A stretch of DNA of 37,394 nt from Saprospiraceae bacterium (GTDB lineage Bacteria; Bacteroidota; Bacteroidia; Chitinophagales; Saprospiraceae). The first letter of the stretch is position 1, and every line of letters starts with the position of its first letter. Positions 33,183-37,394 of this stretch are shown here, in pieces. The position numbers and the translations under genes were made by a program. The notes beneath the pieces are model-generated. The model was given only the letters and a program-made list of their open reading frames with translations, was not told the origin of the DNA and did not search any database. The DNA lies in the NCBI GenBank assembly GCA_020629965.1, contig JAHDCG010000054.1:1-37394 (forward strand), given 5' to 3'.

Positions 33183-34136
33183 TCACTCCCCGTACCCGCT
33201 CCGCTTAAAAAACCGCTTCGCATTCTTTATCGCCAAAATATCCCGCAAGGCCTGCGCTTTGTCCTCGGCTCGATTGTAGTAGCTTTCACAAATTTTATAA
33301 CCTACAAAATAGCCCAAATCCGCCGGCACTCCTTCCTCCGTATTGTCTCCCTGATACAGCCAATTATCGACATTTTTGCCGTACATATCTTCTTTAAAAT
33401 CCGCCCAAACCTCGGCTTCGTGCGCATTGCCGTAGGCGTAAATATTTTGATTGATGGTATTGCCCGTTACTTTTACGGCTAAAAAATCCGCTGCGCCTTC
33501 CATCAAACACGTCGTCAAAACGCGGTTGTTGAGATAACTCAATACAGAACCCAAGTTTACCTTTTGCAACGCGTGTACATATTCATGCGCAACCATTCCC
33601 GTCACATCGAACTCTTTGTTAAAAACGCTTTTCAGCCAATTATTTAACTCGGCGGTGTAGGTCGTGCTGTCCGTCGCCGCGATTTCGGTACCGATGAGTA
33701 AATAGTTGTTCGACACCGTGCCGCCCGTGCGCAGACAGCCGATGGCGAAGCACACTTTGGGCGTTTCACGCCCCGGAAATGCGGCGGAATACTGCTCGAC
33801 GATTTTTTCCAATTGCGGACGAATGGTCTTTACGCGCAAGGTATTCGGGCGAACAGACTGCCAATATTTCGGATATTTTCCGACCAAAACCGTGTACTCT
33901 TCCGCCGTAAAATCTCGGACTTTAAGAAACTCGACAAAACCCGGACTTGCCTTGTCGATGTAGGCGGTTTGAAAAATGCGAATGCTGTCTTCCGGGGTTT
34001 CGGCGGTCGGTAAGAGGTCGTAAGCCGCCCAAAAATTGTCGATGTCGGAAGTCAAAATATCGGTTTGCACCTGCCCGCACAGATTTGCGGCGCTGAAGAG
34101 AAAGAGAAAAAGTACCTTTACGGTCGTTGTTTTCAT
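33183..34136 (-). CDS. Secreted DUF2268-type putative zinc-dependent peptidase
   Basis: Signal peptide MKTTTVKVLFLFLFSAANLCGQ. HEXXH in GMVAHEYVHALQ with downstream EGAADF. Confidence 0.7.
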   Translation of the reverse strand: MKTTTVKVLFLFLFSAANLCGQVQTDILTSDIDNFWAAYDLLPTAETPEDSIRIFQTAYIDKASPGFVEFLKVRDFTAEEYTVLVGKYPKYWQSVRPNTLRVKTIRPQLEKIVEQYSAAFPGRETPKVCFAIGCLRTGGTVSNNYLLIGTEIAATDSTTYTAELNNWLKSVFNKEFDVTGMVAHEYVHALQKVNLGSVLSYLNNRVLTTCLMEGAADFLAVKVTGNTINQNIYAYGNAHEAEVWADFKEDMYGKNVDNWLYQGDNTEEGVPADLGYFVGYKICESYYNRAEDKAQALRDILAIKNAKRFFKRSGYGE

Positions 34137-34471
34137 AGGTCGTTATTTTTTGAAAATTATCGTCTTGTGACGCAGGATTTTAAGAAAATTATTGCCGAAA
34201 GAAAAAGACATCGGTCAGGGTTTTCGGTTGCTTTGCTGTTGTGCATATTACTGCCCGGAAGTCGAATAGTAACAGCGACTTTTAAGTCGTCTAAAAAACG
34301 AAGTTTTTTGCTGAACGCGGCAAAAATTATCGATTAACGGCAAGCCGTTTTTTTACGACCGGCTGAAGCCGGCGGTTACTACAGGCGCGCGAAATTCATA
34401 GATTAAACAATCACAAACCCAAAGAAAAACCGAAGTTTTCTAAAATAAAAAAACAGTTTACACTCAAAATT

Positions 34472-36019
34472 ATGCAAAAAATTCACAATCTGCTGTTCTG
34501 CTTTTTTCTCTTGTCGAGTCTGTCGCTTATCGCCCAAATCGAAGGCGACGCCGTCTTTGCCGAAGACCAAATTATCACCGTCGAATTGGAGTTTTCCCAA
34601 CCCGGCTTCTTCGACAGTCTGCTGCTCAATTACGAAACAGCGGACTACATGAAAGCCGACCTGACCCTGACCGACAACACCGGCACGACCGTACTCAACG
34701 AAGTCGGCGTGCGCTTGAAAGGCAACTCGACGTTCAATCATCCGAACAATAAAAAAGCCTTCAAAATCGACATCAACGAGTACGTCAGCGGGCAAAACTA
34801 CGACGGGCTGAAAAAACTGAACTTCAGCAACGGCTTTAAAGACCCGACGCTGCTGCGCGAAAAAATCTTTTTCGACGCGGCACGCGCGGCGGGTGCACCG
34901 GCTCCGCGTGCGAATTTCGCTAACGTTTATTTTAACGGCGAGCTGTGGGGTTTTTATACCGTAGTCGAACAAATCGACGACCAATTTTTGGATTGGCGCA
35001 TCCTCGACGACGACGGTAATCTTTTCAAAGCGGGCGATAACTTCGGCGGCGGTCCGCAGGGCGGCGGCAATGCGGCAGACCTGCAATGGTACGGTACCGA
35101 CCAAGAAGAATACGCGGAACGCTACGAACTGAAAAGCAATGAAGACGAAAACGATTGGTCGGATTTAATCGACCTCATCGACTACATCGACAACTCCTCG
35201 CAGGCGGATTTTACGGCAGAGTTCGACACCCGTTTCGAGGCGGAGGAGTACCTGACTTCGGCGGCTTTGGATAACATTTTCAGCAATCTCGACAGCTACA
35301 CCGGCTCGGCGCGCAACTACTACCTGTACCACAATCTGACGACCGATAAGTGGGAATGGATAAAGTGGGATGCCAACGAAACTTTCGGCAGCTACGGCGG
35401 CGGCGGGCCGGGCGGCGGCGGGCAAAATAACATGACCACTTTGGAGATTGATTACCGCGACGACAATCGCCCGCTGTTGGATAAAGTCTTCAACAGTCCC
35501 GAACTTTTCGCACGTTACCAAAACGCAATGTGTGTGATTTTAAACAATCATTTCAGCCCCGAAATGCTGAACCCGAAAATCGACGCGCTGCGTGATTTGG
35601 TACAAAGCTCGGTCTATGCCGACAACAACAAACAGTACAGTAACGCCGATTTCGATAACAATATCGAAAACAACATTACGACGGGCGGAGGTCCCGGCGG
35701 CGGCGGTACGACTTACGGTTTGAAATCGTTTATCAGCGCACGTTATAACTTTTTGACGAGCGAAGCAGATTGCACGACGGCGGTACAAAATGCGGAGTTT
35801 TTTAATGTCAAATTATTCCCCAATCCGACGAGCGATATTTTGCAGTTTGCGGAAGGTCTGACGGAGGTTGTCGTTTACAATGTATTCGGGCAGGAGGTCT
35901 TGCAGCAGAAGGAAAGGGCGGTGAATATCACGGTTTCGGACTTGACGGCGGGCAGCTATATTTTGACGGCTTTAAATGAAAACGGAGCGCGCGTAGCAGG
36001 TAAGTTTGTGAAAATGTGA
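34472..36019 (+). CDS. CotH-family (atypical kinase-fold) secreted protein with T9SS type-A C-terminal sorting domain
   Basis: Signal peptide. CotH-like core (…NFANVYFNGELWGFYTVVEQID…, …NYYLYHNLTTDKWEWIKWDANETFG…). Gly-rich loops. C-terminal VKLFPNPTSDILQF...GSYILTALNENG...KFVKM CTD. Confidence 0.8.
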   Translation: MQKIHNLLFCFFLLSSLSLIAQIEGDAVFAEDQIITVELEFSQPGFFDSLLLNYETADYMKADLTLTDNTGTTVLNEVGVRLKGNSTFNHPNNKKAFKIDINEYVSGQNYDGLKKLNFSNGFKDPTLLREKIFFDAARAAGAPAPRANFANVYFNGELWGFYTVVEQIDDQFLDWRILDDDGNLFKAGDNFGGGPQGGGNAADLQWYGTDQEEYAERYELKSNEDENDWSDLIDLIDYIDNSSQADFTAEFDTRFEAEEYLTSAALDNIFSNLDSYTGSARNYYLYHNLTTDKWEWIKWDANETFGSYGGGGPGGGGQNNMTTLEIDYRDDNRPLLDKVFNSPELFARYQNAMCVILNNHFSPEMLNPKIDALRDLVQSSVYADNNKQYSNADFDNNIENNITTGGGPGGGGTTYGLKSFISARYNFLTSEADCTTAVQNAEFFNVKLFPNPTSDILQFAEGLTEVVVYNVFGQEVLQQKERAVNITVSDLTAGSYILTALNENGARVAGKFVKM

Positions 36020-36087
36020 TAGAGGATGTTTAGGCGTTTAGAGTTTTAGTGCAAAGATTTATTAGTTGCTGATATTTTTTTTGAACC

Positions 36088-36150
36088 TGATTTTTATGAT
36101 TCTTATGATTTGTTATGATTTGGATTTTACTTCGTAAAATCTACGCGACT
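36088..36150. repeat. Partial inverted copy (~60 bp) of the 134-bp tandem-repeat unit found at 37062+
   Basis: Sequence tgatttttatgattcttatgatttgttatgatttggattttacttcgtaaaatc, compared with the reverse complement of the unit ...tgatttttaggagagttatgatgttttatgattgattttacttcgtaaaatt... Confidence 0.6.
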
Positions 36151-36257
36151 GATGATGAAGATAACTGTTAGAAACTAACAAAACGCAGCATTAGTTATTT
36201 CGGGCAGTACTCTACGTTTTCCCGAACGGCAAAAAATGTAACGTAATTTCTTCTCAT

Positions 36258-36310
36258 AAAAAAACGGGCGTATCGAACACTACGGTAGTGTCGAATACGC
36301 CCGTTTTTTA
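36258..36310. terminator. Bidirectional intrinsic terminator between convergent CotH and def genes
   Basis: aaaaaaa-cgggcgtatcgaacactac-gg-tagtgtcgaatacgcccg-ttttttat. 19-bp stem with an A-run 5' and a T-run 3'. Confidence 0.65.
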
Positions 36311-36416
36311 TCATTAAAATATCATAATTAAAATAAACCAAACCGTTGAGATTTCAACAAAGACCGACAAATACCACAAGCCGGCTCTCCCCTCTCCCCT
36401 TCTCTCCTCTCCCCTA

Positions 36417-36884
36417 TTACAATCTATCCAAAAACAAAATTCCGTTCAGATGGTCGATTTCATGCTGAAAAATGACCGCCGTAAAGTCCTCAATCATCTC
36501 CGTGTGGTGCGAGCCGTCGAGTTTATCGTATTCAAGCAAAACGGCATAAGCCCGCGTTTTCGTCGTCGCCCGATAATCGGGAACAGACAGGCAACCTTCG
36601 GGACAATCCTGCTTTAAATCCGTGTATTTAACAATTTTCGGATTGAGATACACCTCGAACGGAAAATCAGGCTTATCAAATCGCTGCACCCAAATAATGT
36701 TGCGCAAAATACCGACCTGCGGCGCGGCAATACCGACTCCGAGCGAAATCGAGTCGCGCACCGTGCTGTACAATCTGCCCACAAATCGCTGCAAAATCGG
36801 GTCATTCGGGTCGGGCACGACATCGCTGCATTGCTTGCGCAGCAACAAGGAGTCAGCCCGATTATTGATTTTGAAAACCCGCAT
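36417..36884 (-). CDS. def: Peptide deformylase. Start placed at the internal Met; an in-frame upstream extension to 37058 would add a 58-aa lipoprotein-like leader
   Basis: Motif 1 GVGIAAPQVG, motif 2 EGCLSVP, motif 3 HEIDHLNG. From the internal Met the N-terminus MRVFKINNRADSLLLRKQ aligns with canonical PDF N-termini (M-x-hhxhhxxxDxxLRK). Confidence 0.85.
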   Translation of the reverse strand: MRVFKINNRADSLLLRKQCSDVVPDPNDPILQRFVGRLYSTVRDSISLGVGIAAPQVGILRNIIWVQRFDKPDFPFEVYLNPKIVKYTDLKQDCPEGCLSVPDYRATTKTRAYAVLLEYDKLDGSHHTEMIEDFTAVIFQHEIDHLNGILFLDRL

Positions 36885-37061
36885 CGGCTTATCCGCAGCG
36901 GCGGCATTTATCAACTCTGCCTGCGCTGCCGTAAAAGAAACAGAACCGCCGGTAGTCCCCGCTGCCGTCACGGATTTCTTCGCTTTACAACTCATTAAAA
37001 GCAAAAGCAGCAGCAAAAATGTAAAACCCCGCAAAAGTCTAAAATCAACGTACATCATAAA

Positions 37062-37394
37062 AAATCATATAAAATCAGCGTCAGAAGTTACAGCCACAAA
37101 ATTTTACGAAGTAAAATCAATCATAAAACATCATAACTCTCCTAAAAATCAGAGTTAAAAACAAAGTCACACGAGCAATCAGCGCAAACCATAAAAAAAT
37201 CATATAAAATCAGCGTCAGAAGTTACAGCCACAAAATTTTACGAAGTAAAATCAATCATAAAACATCATAACTCTCCTAAAAATCAGGGTCAAAAACAAA
37301 GTCACACAAGCAATCAGCGTAAACCATAAAAAATCATACAAAATCAGCGTCAGAAGTTACAGCCACAAAATTTTACGAAGTAAAATCAATCATA
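37062..37394. repeat. Tandem direct repeat, unit about 134-135 bp, at least 2.5 copies, running off the window end; abuts the def upstream region
   Basis: The landmark 'cagcgtcagaagttacagcc' recurs at 37076, 37211 and 37345. Copies differ by only a few substitutions. Each unit has a small hairpin attttac-gaag-taaaat. Confidence 0.85.

Overview
This window looks like a chromosomal segment from a Bacteroidota-type bacterium. Secreted proteins carry T9SS C-terminal sorting domains and a GEVED domain, and start codons sit behind A/C-rich leaders with no Shine-Dalgarno sequence. GC content is moderate to high. Most ORF-track entries that lie antisense to long genes are compositional artefacts.

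Supported genes, in order: a PF01637/DUF234-type AAA ATPase whose N-terminus is cut by an in-frame TAA; a 1191-aa secreted M36 (fungalysin-type) metallopeptidase with a PA domain and T9SS CTD; a Uma2-family PD-(D/E)XK endonuclease; a Tas-type aldo/keto reductase; Obg GTPase; a three-domain protein (CheY-like receiver, Cys-less glutaredoxin-like domain, thioredoxin-reductase-like flavoprotein without the CXXC disulfide); an AT-rich orphan gene bracketed by modular direct repeats; a TPR-like lipoprotein; a possible 38-aa membrane peptide; AlkB; an NfeD-flotillin pair; a 670-aa single-pass membrane protein; a 2493-aa SdrD-B-repeat/beta-propeller/GEVED surface protein; a secreted DUF2268 peptidase; a CotH-family protein with T9SS CTD; and peptide deformylase.

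The most interesting feature is a five-gene minus-strand operon (28643-33070). It encodes geranylgeranyl reductase, a 2x[Fe-S] ferredoxin, an MPBQ/MSBQ-methyltransferase (VTE3)-like enzyme, a gamma-tocopherol-methyltransferase (VTE4)-like enzyme, and a homogentisate prenyltransferase (VTE2/HPT)-like UbiA enzyme. That is a near-complete tocochromanol (vitamin-E-type) or methyl-prenyl-benzoquinol pathway in a presumably non-photosynthetic bacterium. Only a cyclase and a homogentisate source are not visible in the window.

The window is also rich in structured non-coding repeats. There is a nested-palindrome element in three copies (one inside the operon), a 212-bp tandem repeat with a strong hairpin upstream of obg, a 134-bp tandem repeat abutting def, and BOX-like modular repeats around the AT-rich orphan gene. 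No rRNA, tRNA, CRISPR array or transposase was recognised.
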